IMG/VR virus record: IMGVR_UViG_2541047853_000002
Length of the DNA stretch: 17,819 bases
Origin: a virus
Taxonomy: Duplodnaviria; Heunggongvirae; Uroviricota; Caudoviricetes
Strand: one strand, 5' to 3'
How positions within the stretch are numbered: the stretch's first letter is position 1; each line of letters starts with the position of its first letter. The notes under the pieces are model-generated. The model did no database searches, was not told the origin of the DNA, and was given only the letters and a program-made list of their open reading frames with translations. Of this stretch, positions 10,138-17,819 are shown piece after piece. The translations under genes were made by a program, and so were the position numbers.

Positions 10138-10737
10138 ATGCGTAAACTTTATGCCGCCATTTTGTCCGCAGCCATTTGTCTGGCCGTATCCGGTGCGCCT
10201 GCATGGGCATCTGAACATCAGTCCACGCTGAGCGCGGGGTATCTTCATGCCTCGACGAACGTTCCCGGCAGCGATGATCTTAACGGGATTAACGTGAAAT
10301 ACCGTTATGAGTTTACGGACACACTGGGGCTGGTGACGTCATTCAGCTATGCAGGAGACAAGAATCGCCAGCTTACCCGTTACAGCGATACCCGCTGGCA
10401 TGAAGATTCCGTTCGTAACCGCTGGTTCAGCGTGATGGCGGGGCCGTCTGTGCGCGTGAATGAATGGTTCAGCGCGTATGCGATGGCGGGTATGGCTTAC
10501 AGCCGTGTGTCGACTTTCTCCGGGGATTATCTCCGCGTAACTGACAACAAGGGGAAAACGCACGACGTGCTGACCGGAAGTGATGACGGTCGCCACAGCA
10601 ACACGTCTCTGGCGTGGGGGGCTGGCATGCAGTTTAACCCGACCGAATCCGTGGCCATTGATATTGCTTATGAAGGTTCCGGCAGTGGTGACTGGCGCAC
10701 TGACGGTTTCATCGTGGGTGTCGGTTATAAATTCTGA
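10138..10737 (+). CDS. lom: Lom outer-membrane beta-barrel protein (Ail/Lom/PagC/OmpX family), 199 aa
   Basis: Signal peptide ([24 protein letters not shown]) and a C-terminal aromatic residue (…GVGYKF) typical of outer-membrane beta-barrels. Sits between J and stf as in lambda. Own RBS 'gagagg', and flanked by terminators on both sides (moron-like). Confidence 0.88.
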   Translation: MRKLYAAILSAAICLAVSGAPAWASEHQSTLSAGYLHASTNVPGSDDLNGINVKYRYEFTDTLGLVTSFSYAGDKNRQLTRYSDTRWHEDSVRNRWFSVMAGPSVRVNEWFSAYAMAGMAYSRVSTFSGDYLRVTDNKGKTHDVLTGSDDGRHSNTSLAWGAGMQFNPTESVAIDIAYEGSGSGDWRTDGFIVGVGYKF

Positions 10738-10764
10738 TTAGCCAGGTAACACAGTGTTATGACA

Positions 10765-10790
10765 GCCCGCCGGTTCAGGCGGGTTTTTTT
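10765..10790 (+). terminator. Rho-independent terminator downstream of lom
   Basis: 'gcccgcc' - ggttca - 'ggcgggt' stem-loop followed by a run of seven T. Confidence 0.65.
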
Positions 10791-10801
10791 GTGGGGTGAA
10801 T

Positions 10802-13800
10802 ATGGCAGTAAAGATTTCAGGTGTACTGAAAGACGGCACAGGAAAACCGGTACAGAACTGCACAATCCAGCTGAAAGCAAAACGTAACAGCACCACGGTG
10901 GTGGTGAACACGCTGGCCTCAGAAAATCCGGATGAAGCCGGGCGTTACAGCATGGACGTTGAGTACGGTCAGTACAGCGTTATTCTGTTGGTGGAGGGAT
11001 TCCCGCCGTCACATGCCGGGACCATCACCGTGTATGAAGATTCCCGACCCGGTACGCTGAATGATTTTCTCGGTGCCATGACGGAGGATGATGCCCGTCC
11101 TGAGGCACTGCGCCGTTTTGAACTGATGGTGGAAGAGGTGGCGCGTAACGCGTCCGCGGTGGCACAGAACACGGCAGCCGCGAAGAAGTCAGCCAGCGAT
11201 GCCAGCACATCAGCCCGTGAGGCGGCAACCCATGCGACTGATGCTGCAGGCTCAGCACGCGCAGCCAGCACGTCAGCCGGACAGGCCGCGTCGTCGGCTC
11301 AGTCAGCATCTTCCAGCGCAGGAACGGCATCAACAAAGGCCAGTGAAGCATCGAAAAGTGCTGCTGCTGCAGAGTCCTCAAAAAGCGCGGCAGCTACCAG
11401 TGCCGGTGCGGCGAAAACGTCAGAAACGAATGCGGCAGCGTCACAACAATCAGCAGCCACTTCTGCATCCGCCGCGACCACGAAGGCGTCAGAAGCAGCC
11501 ACCTCAGCCCGGGATGCGGCGGCCTCAAAAGAGGCAGCGAAATCATCAGAAACGAACGCATCATCAAGCGCCAGTAGTGCCGCTTCCTCGGCAACGGCGG
11601 CAGGCAATTCCGCGAAGGCGGCAAAGACGTCTGAGACAAACGCCAGGTCTTCTGAAACGGCAGCGGGACAGAGCGCCTCGGCTGCGGCAGGCTCAAAAAC
11701 AGCGGCTGCGTCGTCTGCCAGTGCCGCGTCAACAAGTGCCGGGCAGGCCTCAGCCAGTGCCACCGCCGCCGGAAAATCGGCAGAAAGCGCCGCATCGTCT
11801 GCTTCAACAGCCACAACGAAGGCTGGCGAAGCCACTGAACAGGCCAGCGCAGCAGCAAGGTCTGCTTCCGCAGCGAAGACATCCGAGACGAACGCGAAAG
11901 CGTCGGAAACCAGCGCAGAATCCTCAAAAACGGCTGCCGCATCGTCCGCCAGTTCGGCGGCGTCATCGGCATCATCGGCGTCTGCTTCAAAAGATGAGGC
12001 GACCAGACAAGCGTCCGCAGCGAAGGGCAGCGCCACGACGGCATCCACGAAGGCGACAGAGGCAGCTGGCAGTGCGACGGCGGCAGCACAGAGCAAAAGT
12101 ACGGCGGAATCCGCGGCAACGCGCGCCGAGACAGCGGCAAAACGGGCAGAGGATATTGCATCCGCCGTGGCGCTTGAGGATGCAAGTACGACGAAAAAGG
12201 GGATAGTACAGCTCAGCAGTGCGACCAACAGTACGTCTGAAACGCTGGCGGCAACGCCAAAGGCAGTAAAATCAGCCTATGACAATGCAGAGAAACGTCT
12301 GCAGAAAGACCAGAACGGCGCTGATATACCCGATAAGGGACGCTTCCTGAACAACATTAACGCGGTCAGTAAAACAGACTTTGCTGATAAGCGTGGTATG
12401 CGTTATGTGCGGGTTAACGCTCCTGCAGGTGCAACATCTGGAAAATATTACCCTGTTGTTGTTATGCGTTCTGCTGGCTCAGTAAGCGAACTGGCATCAA
12501 GGGTCATTATCACCACGGCAACGCGAACCGCAGGCGATCCGATGAATAACTGCGAGTTTAACGGATTTGTTATGCCTGGTGGCTGGACTGACAGGGGGCG
12601 TTATGCTTATGGAATGTTCTGGCAATATCAAAACAATGAACGAGCCATCCACTCAATAATGATGAGTAATAAGGGCGATGATTTGCGCTCTGTGTTCTAT
12701 GTTGATGGCGCTGCTTTCCCTGTTTTTGCGTTTATCGAAGATGGCCTGTCAATATCCGCACCTGGTGCTGATCTCGTTGTTAATGATACGACCTATAAGT
12801 TTGGGGCAACAAATCCGGCGACTGAATGTATCGCGGCGGACGTTATCCTTGATTTTAAGAGTGGGCGTGGTTTTTATGAGTCTCATTCGTTAATCGTTAA
12901 CGATAACTTGTCGTGCAAAAAACTTTTTGCCACAGACGAAATTGTAGCGCGTGGTGGTAATCAGATTCGAATGATAGGTGGGGAGTATGGGGCATTATGG
13001 CGTAATGATGGCGCTAAAACTTACCTGCTGCTTACCAATCAAGGTGATGTTTATGGTGGCTGGAATACATTAAGACCGTTTGCTATTGATAACGCAACCG
13101 GCGAACTGGTTATTGGAACCAAACTGTCCGCAAGTCTGAACGGTAATGCATTAACAGCAACAAAGCTGCAAACGCCAAGACGGGTTTCTGGTGTTGAGTT
13201 TGATGGTTCCAAAGATATTACTTTAACCGCCGCGCATGTGGCTGCTTTTGCCAGAAGGGCAACGGATACATATGCCGATGCGGATGGTGGCGTTCCCTGG
13301 AATGCCGAATCAGGCGCTTATAATGTCACCCGCTCTGGCGACAGCTATATTCTGGTTAACTTCTATACCGGAGTCGGAAGTTGCCGGACCTTGCAGATGA
13401 AGGCGCATTACAGAAATGGTGGTCTGTTCTACCGTTCTTCAAGAGACGGTTATGGTTTTGAGGATGACTGGGCAGAAGTTTATACCTCGAAAAATCTTCC
13501 ACCAGAAAGCTACCCAGTCGGCGCACCAATCCCGTGGCCATCAGATACCGTTCCGTCTGGTTATGCCCTGATGCAGGGGCAGACTTTTGACAAATCTGCT
13601 TACCCGAAACTTGCAGCCGCTTATCCGTCAGGCGTGATCCCTGATATGCGTGGCTGGACGATTAAGGGCAAACCTGCCAGTGGTCGGGCCGTATTGTCTC
13701 AGGAACAGGACGGCATTAAATCGCATACCCACAGCGCCAGCGCATCCAGTACAGATTTGGGGACGAAAACCACATCGTCGTTTGATTACGGCACTAAATC

Positions 13801-14200
13801 CACGAATAACACTGGTGCGCATACCCATAGTTTAAGTGGCAGCACGAATGCAGCTGGTAATCACAGCCATAGAGATGGCCGTCGATTTAACCCCAGTGTT
13901 TTTAAAGATACTTATCAATATGGTTATACAAGCTCAGGTCAAAATACCTGGGGTGTACAAGGCTCAGTAGGTATGTCTACGGGGTGGTTAGCGAATACCA
14001 GTACAGATGGTAATCATAGCCATTCACTGTCCGGCACAGCAGCATCTGCAGGTGCACACGCGCATACTGTCGGTATTGGTGCTCATACGCACTCCGTTGC
14101 GATTGGTTCACATGGACACACCATCACCGTTAACGCTGCTGGTAACGCGGAAAACACCGTCAAAAACATCGCATTTAACTATATTGTGAGGCTTGCATAA
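10802..14200 (+). CDS. stf: Side tail fibre protein Stf (about 1132 aa from ATG 10802; the ORF track starts 2 codons upstream at GTG 10796)
   Basis: N-terminus [26 protein letters not shown] is typical of the lambdoid Stf tail-attachment domain. Followed by a long Ala/Ser/Thr-rich repetitive shaft, a conserved fibre motif ([27 protein letters not shown]), and a His-rich HxH-repeat C-terminus. RBS 'ggggtg' before ATG 10802. Stop overlaps the tfa start (TAATG). Confidence 0.9.
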   Translation: MAVKISGVLKDGTGKPVQNCTIQLKAKRNSTTVVVNTLASENPDEAGRYSMDVEYGQYSVILLVEGFPPSHAGTITVYEDSRPGTLNDFLGAMTEDDARPEALRRFELMVEEVARNASAVAQNTAAAKKSASDASTSAREAATHATDAAGSARAASTSAGQAASSAQSASSSAGTASTKASEASKSAAAAESSKSAAATSAGAAKTSETNAAASQQSAATSASAATTKASEAATSARDAAASKEAAKSSETNASSSASSAASSATAAGNSAKAAKTSETNARSSETAAGQSASAAAGSKTAAASSASAASTSAGQASASATAAGKSAESAASSASTATTKAGEATEQASAAARSASAAKTSETNAKASETSAESSKTAAASSASSAASSASSASASKDEATRQASAAKGSATTASTKATEAAGSATAAAQSKSTAESAATRAETAAKRAEDIASAVALEDASTTKKGIVQLSSATNSTSETLAATPKAVKSAYDNAEKRLQKDQNGADIPDKGRFLNNINAVSKTDFADKRGMRYVRVNAPAGATSGKYYPVVVMRSAGSVSELASRVIITTATRTAGDPMNNCEFNGFVMPGGWTDRGRYAYGMFWQYQNNERAIHSIMMSNKGDDLRSVFYVDGAAFPVFAFIEDGLSISAPGADLVVNDTTYKFGATNPATECIAADVILDFKSGRGFYESHSLIVNDNLSCKKLFATDEIVARGGNQIRMIGGEYGALWRNDGAKTYLLLTNQGDVYGGWNTLRPFAIDNATGELVIGTKLSASLNGNALTATKLQTPRRVSGVEFDGSKDITLTAAHVAAFARRATDTYADADGGVPWNAESGAYNVTRSGDSYILVNFYTGVGSCRTLQMKAHYRNGGLFYRSSRDGYGFEDDWAEVYTSKNLPPESYPVGAPIPWPSDTVPSGYALMQGQTFDKSAYPKLAAAYPSGVIPDMRGWTIKGKPASGRAVLSQEQDGIKSHTHSASASSTDLGTKTTSSFDYGTKSTNNTGAHTHSLSGSTNAAGNHSHRDGRRFNPSVFKDTYQYGYTSSGQNTWGVQGSVGMSTGWLANTSTDGNHSHSLSGTAASAGAHAHTVGIGAHTHSVAIGSHGHTITVNAAGNAENTVKNIAFNYIVRLA
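11150..12210 (+). repeat. Ala/Ser/Thr-rich low-complexity coding repeat in the stf shaft (GC about 70%)
   Basis: Recurring peptide units such as AAKTSETNA (four copies with small variations) and [10 protein letters not shown] tracts. This codon-biased GC-rich repeat produces long spurious ORFs in the other frames. Confidence 0.75.
13724..14125 (+). other. His-rich HxH repeat region of the Stf C-terminus (putative metal-coordinating fibre tip)
   Basis: Motifs [46 protein letters not shown] read from the translation. They resemble the HxH iron-binding repeats of the T4 gp37 distal tip. Confidence 0.55.
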
Positions 14201-14775
14201 TGGCATTCAGAATGAGTGAACAACCACGGACCATAAAAATTTATAATCTGCTGGCCGGAACTAATGAATTTATTGGTGAAGGTGACGCATATATTCCGCC
14301 TCATACAGGTCTGCCAGCAAACAGTACCGATATTGCACCACCAGATATTCCTGCTGGCTTTGTGGCTGTTTTCAACAGTGATGAGGCATCGTGGCATCTC
14401 GTTGAAGATCATCAGGGTAAAACGGTTTATGACGTAGCTTCCGGCGACGCGTTATTTATTTCTGAACTCGGTCCGTTACCGAAAAATGTTACCTGGTTAT
14501 CGCCGGAAGGGGAGTTTCAGAAGTGGAACGGCACAGCCTGGGTGAAGGATACGGAAGCAGAAAAACTGTTCCGGATCCGGGAGGCGGAAGAAACAAAAAA
14601 CAACCTGATGCAGGTAGCCAGTGAGCATATTGCGCCGCTTCAGGATGCTGCAGATCTGGAAATTGCAACGGAGGAAGAAATCTCGTTGCTGGAAGCATGG
14701 AAAAAGTATCGGGTATTGCTGAACCGTGTTGATACGTCAACTGCACAGGATATTGAATGGCCAGCACTGCCGTAG
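14200..14775 (+). CDS. tfa: Tail fibre assembly protein Tfa (191 aa)
   Basis: ORF directly coupled to stf. The C-terminal motif [36 protein letters not shown] is characteristic of the Tfa/gp38-like assembly chaperones of lambdoid and P2-like phages. Confidence 0.9.
   Translation: MAFRMSEQPRTIKIYNLLAGTNEFIGEGDAYIPPHTGLPANSTDIAPPDIPAGFVAVFNSDEASWHLVEDHQGKTVYDVASGDALFISELGPLPKNVTWLSPEGEFQKWNGTAWVKDTEAEKLFRIREAEETKNNLMQVASEHIAPLQDAADLEIATEEEISLLEAWKKYRVLLNRVDTSTAQDIEWPALP
14620..14742 (+). repeat. tfa 3' repeat, copy 1 (direct repeat partner of 17391-17513)
   Basis: About 123 bp with roughly 88% identity to 17391-17513 in the same orientation (aligned by eye, about 15 mismatches). Confidence 0.8.
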
Positions 14776-14872
14776 GGTAAAACATATAAATTCTATAATT
14801 AGATGTATCTTTCCATTTACGGCAAGGAAGGGGGCTTGGAAGACGTAAAGCATCTCACACCGAGATTATTTT

Positions 14873-15463
14873 TTATATGTCAGGTGTCTGAAGTTTTGCT
14901 TTGGCTCTTAAAATGGTTTGCCGCGAGGTTTTGAATTCCCGGGCAATGGCACTTATACTTACACCTGACTTAATTCGTTCGAATACCACCTGTTTCTGTT
15001 CTTCATTTAACACAGGTGGTCGACCAAAACGTTTCCCTGCGCCGCGGGCTCTTACTATCCCGGAATGAGTGCGTTCAAGTAAAAGGTCTCGTTCAAATTC
15101 AGCGACTGCTGAAATTACGTGCATCATCATTTTTCCTGTTGGACTGGTCAGGTCAATGCCCCCCAATGCTAAGCAATGCACTCTGATACCTGTTTCGGTC
15201 AGTTGTTCCACTGTTTTCCTGATATCCATTGCATTACAACCAAGGCGATCCAGTTTTGTCACAATCAATTGATCACCACATTTCAGGCGAGCAAGCAACC
15301 GGTTAAAACCAGGACGCTCACTGGTTGCTGCTGAGCCGCTAATGTGTTCTTCGATTATTTGCTGAGGTTTGATTTTAAAACCTGCACTTTCGATTTCCCG
15401 GCGTTGATTTTCGATGGTCTGATCCAGCGTTGATATCCGACAGTAAGCAAAAATTCGAGACAT
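14873..15463 (-). CDS. pin: Serine recombinase of the DNA-invertase family (Pin/Gin/Hin-like; PinR/PinQ-type), 196 aa
   Basis: N-terminal catalytic motif ([12 protein letters not shown], Ser nucleophile), the resolvase/invertase catalytic domain, and a C-terminal helix-turn-helix ([21 protein letters not shown]). Convergent with tfa. I recall this as closely matching the Rac/Qin prophage invertases of E. coli, but I could not verify by search. Confidence 0.88.
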   Translation of the reverse strand: MSRIFAYCRISTLDQTIENQRREIESAGFKIKPQQIIEEHISGSAATSERPGFNRLLARLKCGDQLIVTKLDRLGCNAMDIRKTVEQLTETGIRVHCLALGGIDLTSPTGKMMMHVISAVAEFERDLLLERTHSGIVRARGAGKRFGRPPVLNEEQKQVVFERIKSGVSISAIAREFKTSRQTILRAKAKLQTPDI

Positions 15464-15600
15464 AGTGAGACTCTATACGAAATTGGTGTTCATATCATAA
15501 TGCATCTCAGAAAATAATTTTGATTATTTTTGTGCATATTTGTATGTACACGTTCGAAAATAAACGAATGCGTATGCAACCCCGTAATTTTGGTGAGACC

Positions 15601-15614
15601 CAAAATCGATTTTG
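15601..15614. promoter_or_regulatory. Perfect 14-bp palindrome CAAAATCGATTTTG, nested with a second inverted repeat, in the pin upstream region
   Basis: Read directly. The second inverted repeat is AATTTTGG (15586-15593) against CCAAAAT (15599-15605). Located about 140 bp upstream of the pin start codon. Function unknown. Confidence 0.25.
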
Positions 15615-15779
15615 TGAAAAATGGCTTTAACTCGGTTTGTTTTTCGAGTTCCGGGCGGACTCAAGGAAGAAGAATAGTGTTGCGTGTTATTTTAACCAGA
15701 TTTCAAGTTGTTTGATCGTGGAAAAGTGGAGCAAAATGTTGTTAAAGTGGAAAAATGATAAAAAAGTAAGTTTATTATA

Positions 15780-16013
15780 TTACATTTTACCATTTAAATT
15801 TTGGTTGTCTTTAAGAACTGATATCGCTGTTTGTAATAATTCTTTGTTATCCAGCCATGATTTTTTCTTTATGTTTCCTTCAATGTAATCAAGCAATGTT
15901 CTGGTATTGATAGGTCTTCCCTGTTTTGCTACTTCCACTACAGCATCCCCTAGGATAATTCTTACTTCAGGAAGCTGCGCAGGGAACCACTTTAGGGTGT
16001 CTTTTGATTTCAT
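15780..16013 (-). CDS. ydfK: Small prophage protein resembling YdfK/YnaE (cold-shock-induced in E. coli Rac/Qin); 77 aa from ATG 16013, 88 aa if ATG 16046 is used
   Basis: The translation MKSKDTLKWFPAQLPEVRIILGDAVVEVAKQGRPINTRTLLDYIEGNIKKK... matches my recollection of YdfK/YnaE. Lies just upstream of pin on the same strand, as in Rac and Qin. Identity is from memory, not a search. Confidence 0.6.
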   Translation of the reverse strand: MKSKDTLKWFPAQLPEVRIILGDAVVEVAKQGRPINTRTLLDYIEGNIKKKSWLDNKELLQTAISVLKDNQNLNGKM

Positions 16014-16510
16014 GAAGATATTCCTTAAAATATTATTGATTTTCATTGCGATATTGTATGTCTGATTCAGGATATGTTGACTTATACATCGGTTTTGTCT
16101 GGGTTATTGGATATGCCAATCCCTAATTTTATTAGGGCATGACTAAAAATGCTGAATATGATAAGGAGAGAAGTGATTATCAGTATGCTGTTCATATAGC
16201 CTCGAATTAGTAATGTGTTATATATGATATAGTTGACAATTTTTATCCTGGGTGTTCTTAAAGTTCGTAGATAAACATTGTCGTTTCAGGTATACAGGAA
16301 TGCTAACAGGTGGCGGCAAAAATCAGGCGGTTTATGGCGCAAGCTGAAGTGGCAACTGCAAACTATCTTATGCAGAGACTCTACACGGATTGGGTTTAAA
16401 AGTATACATAGATAACAGTTTTTATCTGAAGAAGAAAAATATCAAGGTGATATAGCCTATATGCCTATGATGCGGAGGAATGAATGTGATGGGAGTGATG
16501 TATCTGAATA

Positions 16511-16555
16511 GTTGAAAAACCGCAGACACGCCTTATGCAAGAACGTGCTGCGGTT
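16511..16555 (-). terminator. Rho-independent terminator downstream of the methyltransferase gene (minus strand)
   Basis: Inverted repeat 'aaccgcagacacg' (16518-16530) against 'cgtgctgcggtt' (16544-16555). On the minus strand the stem is followed by 'tttttcaac'. It begins 6 nt after the methyltransferase stop. Confidence 0.5.
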
Positions 16556-16560
16556 GGATG

Positions 16561-17229
16561 CTATTTTTTCCCTGAAGCGGAAAACATTACTACAGTACCT
16601 TGAACCTTGGTTTTAACATTCTCGAAATGCTCTGAGAGTATATGTGTTAAGCCTTCTTCGGAATCTTTTGTGTTTGAAAAGATGCCTTTCTGATTGTAAA
16701 TGCGCATCAGTTTTTGACCGAAGCTATTGTGCACAACTCCATCGCCAAGAATTGTGGCTCCGTATAGAGTTCCATCGTCAGTTAAGGCCTGCGCCGCATT
16801 GCGTATTACACAGCTTTTTGTAGATATATTTCCAGGCAGGCAGTGAAGAAGGTAAAACATGGAAATGGAATCAAATTGACCATGTAACGCCGCGGGATAA
16901 GGTTCAAAAACATCATGGTTAATTTTATGTTTAATTTTTGATTCCCCAGCCCTTGTAGATGCCGCGTTCAGGCTAGCTTCGTTCAAATCCATTAAAGATA
17001 TCAGACTACTCTCAGGTACGTGAGTAAGGTAAAACCCAGTTCCAACACCAATATCCAGATGGTTGTTACCTAAATGTTCCAGAAAGTGTGGAAGAAGGTG
17101 TTCCTTTGTAGGACATCCCCATGCAAGCCGATTTGATACTCCCAAAACCCACCAGTCATAAAGCTTTAGGGTAAGTGGTGTGTAAATTTTAGCCCCATCA
17201 TCTGTGTTTTTTTTCATTAATTTCACCAT
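16561..17229 (-). CDS. Class I SAM-dependent methyltransferase (222 aa), target unknown
   Basis: Rossmann-fold motif I (LDIGVGTGFY), an acidic residue after beta-2 (LMDLNE), and a motif-II-like HDVF. No (D/N/S)PP(Y/F/W) motif, so it is probably not a DNA amino-methyltransferase. Low-GC gene. It may correspond to the ybcY-type methyltransferase found near tfa remnants in the E. coli DLP12 prophage (recollection only). Confidence 0.75.
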   Translation of the reverse strand: MVKLMKKNTDDGAKIYTPLTLKLYDWWVLGVSNRLAWGCPTKEHLLPHFLEHLGNNHLDIGVGTGFYLTHVPESSLISLMDLNEASLNAASTRAGESKIKHKINHDVFEPYPAALHGQFDSISMFYLLHCLPGNISTKSCVIRNAAQALTDDGTLYGATILGDGVVHNSFGQKLMRIYNQKGIFSNTKDSEEGLTHILSEHFENVKTKVQGTVVMFSASGKK

Positions 17230-17285
17230 GTTATAGTTTTATTTGTGAATTAAATCAATTATGGCGATGAATTACAAGGGGTTAA

Positions 17286-17591
17286 ATGCTGCCGCAGCAT
17301 AGCGATATTGAAATAGCCTGGTATGCTTCGATACAGCAGGAGCCGAATGGCTGGAAGACCGTCACCACACAGTTCTACATCCAGGAATTCAGTGAGTATA
17401 TTGCGCCACTGCAGGATGCTGTAGATCTGGAAATCGCAACGGAGGAAGAAAGATCGTTGCTGGAGGCATGGAATAAATATCGGGTATTGTTGAATCGAGT
17501 TGATACATCAGTAGCTCTGGGTATGAAGCTGTTTGTAACTCATGTTACAGTAACAGTCATTACTATCTCGAAGGTGCAAAATGTATATTGA
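17286..17591 (+). pseudogene. Truncated, degenerate tail-fibre-assembly (tfa-like) remnant
   Basis: The 101-aa ORF contains [40 protein letters not shown], about 90% identical to the Tfa C-terminus at 14620-14742. The N-terminal 38 aa and the tail after VDTS do not match Tfa, and it is far shorter than the 191-aa Tfa. Confidence 0.6.
17391..17513 (+). repeat. tfa 3' repeat, copy 2 (direct repeat partner of 14620-14742)
   Basis: See copy 1. Same orientation, roughly 88% nucleotide identity. Confidence 0.8.
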
Positions 17592-17758
17592 TTTGATATT
17601 TTATAAATTTACTTCGAATCTGGCACGTCAACTTTTGATTAAAGTAATATCAGTTTTCGGCGAAAAAAGGACCGTGTACATGAGACGATTTCATACAATA
17701 ATAACAAAAATATGAATATGCTCCCTAGACTGGCCCCCTGAATCTCCAGACAACCAGT

Positions 17759-17776
17759 ATCACTTAAATAAGTGAT
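17759..17776. promoter_or_regulatory. Operator-like perfect palindrome ATCACTTA-AA-TAAGTGAT upstream of a gene start at the window edge
   Basis: Read directly: 8-bp arms with a 2-bp spacer. Followed by two ACTAGT copies (17786-17791 and 17798-17803), an RBS-like 'ggag', and an ATG at 17817-17819 at the very end of the window. Confidence 0.3.
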
Positions 17777-17819
17777 AGTCTTAATACTAGTTTTTAGACT
17801 AGTCATTGGAGAACAGATG

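Noticed and set aside
11199-12206. 335-aa extremely Arg/Pro/Gln-rich ORF on the + strand inside stf
   Set aside because: It is an alternative frame of the GC-rich Ala/Ser codon repeats of the Stf shaft. The composition (poly-R/P/Q) is an artefact of reading GCN/TCN-rich repeats out of frame.
11299-12228. 309-aa Ala/Asp-rich and 263-aa ORFs on the minus strand inside stf
   Set aside because: Same repeat-driven artefact on the opposite strand. They overlap the strongly supported stf CDS.
14776-14872. Possible bidirectional terminator between the convergent tfa and pin genes
   Set aside because: There is a T-run (attatttttta), but the only stem I can find before it is 4 bp (TCTC/GAGA), which is too weak to call with confidence.
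15530-15888. Small + strand ORFs (61 and 83 aa) in the pin/ydfK-like region
   Set aside because: They are AT-rich, overlap the regulatory intergenic region and the minus-strand ydfK-like gene, and have no RBS or motif. Probably non-coding.
16233-16261. TTGACA hexamer with a possible -10 on the + strand in the region upstream of the ydfK-like gene
   Set aside because: The -10 candidate 17 bp downstream (ttctta) is poor, and no + strand gene follows; it would only read antisense into the methyltransferase. Probably a chance match in AT-rich DNA.
1-17819. CRISPR arrays, tRNA or rRNA genes, integrase, or transposase/IS elements
   Set aside because: I saw no regularly spaced direct repeats with unique spacers, no cloverleaf-like tRNA candidates, and no transposase-like ORFs or terminal inverted repeats. 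The only recombinase is the serine invertase.

Overview
This window is the late (tail) morphogenesis module of a lambda-like (lambdoid) enterobacterial prophage, followed by an AT-rich accessory region. On the + strand, in canonical lambda order, it carries V, G, G-T (via a -1 frameshift), H (tape measure), M, L, K, I, J (central tail fibre), the lom outer-membrane moron, the side tail fibre gene stf and its assembly gene tfa. Adjacent genes overlap at their stop/start codons in the way expected for translational coupling. Downstream lies a minus-strand cassette: a serine DNA invertase (Pin family), a small YdfK/YnaE-like protein, and a class I SAM-dependent methyltransferase, ending in a degenerate second copy of the tfa 3' end. 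I found no rRNA, tRNA, CRISPR array or transposase. Most of the window is a well-known system. The parts worth a second look are the apparently orphan invertase beside the tail-fibre genes, the tfa 3' direct repeats that bracket the cassette, the sharp compositional breaks inside stf and J, and the methyltransferase of unknown target. I see no convincing evidence for a wholly new multi-gene system. All identifications rest on reading the translated ORFs and recalled family features; no database search was run.
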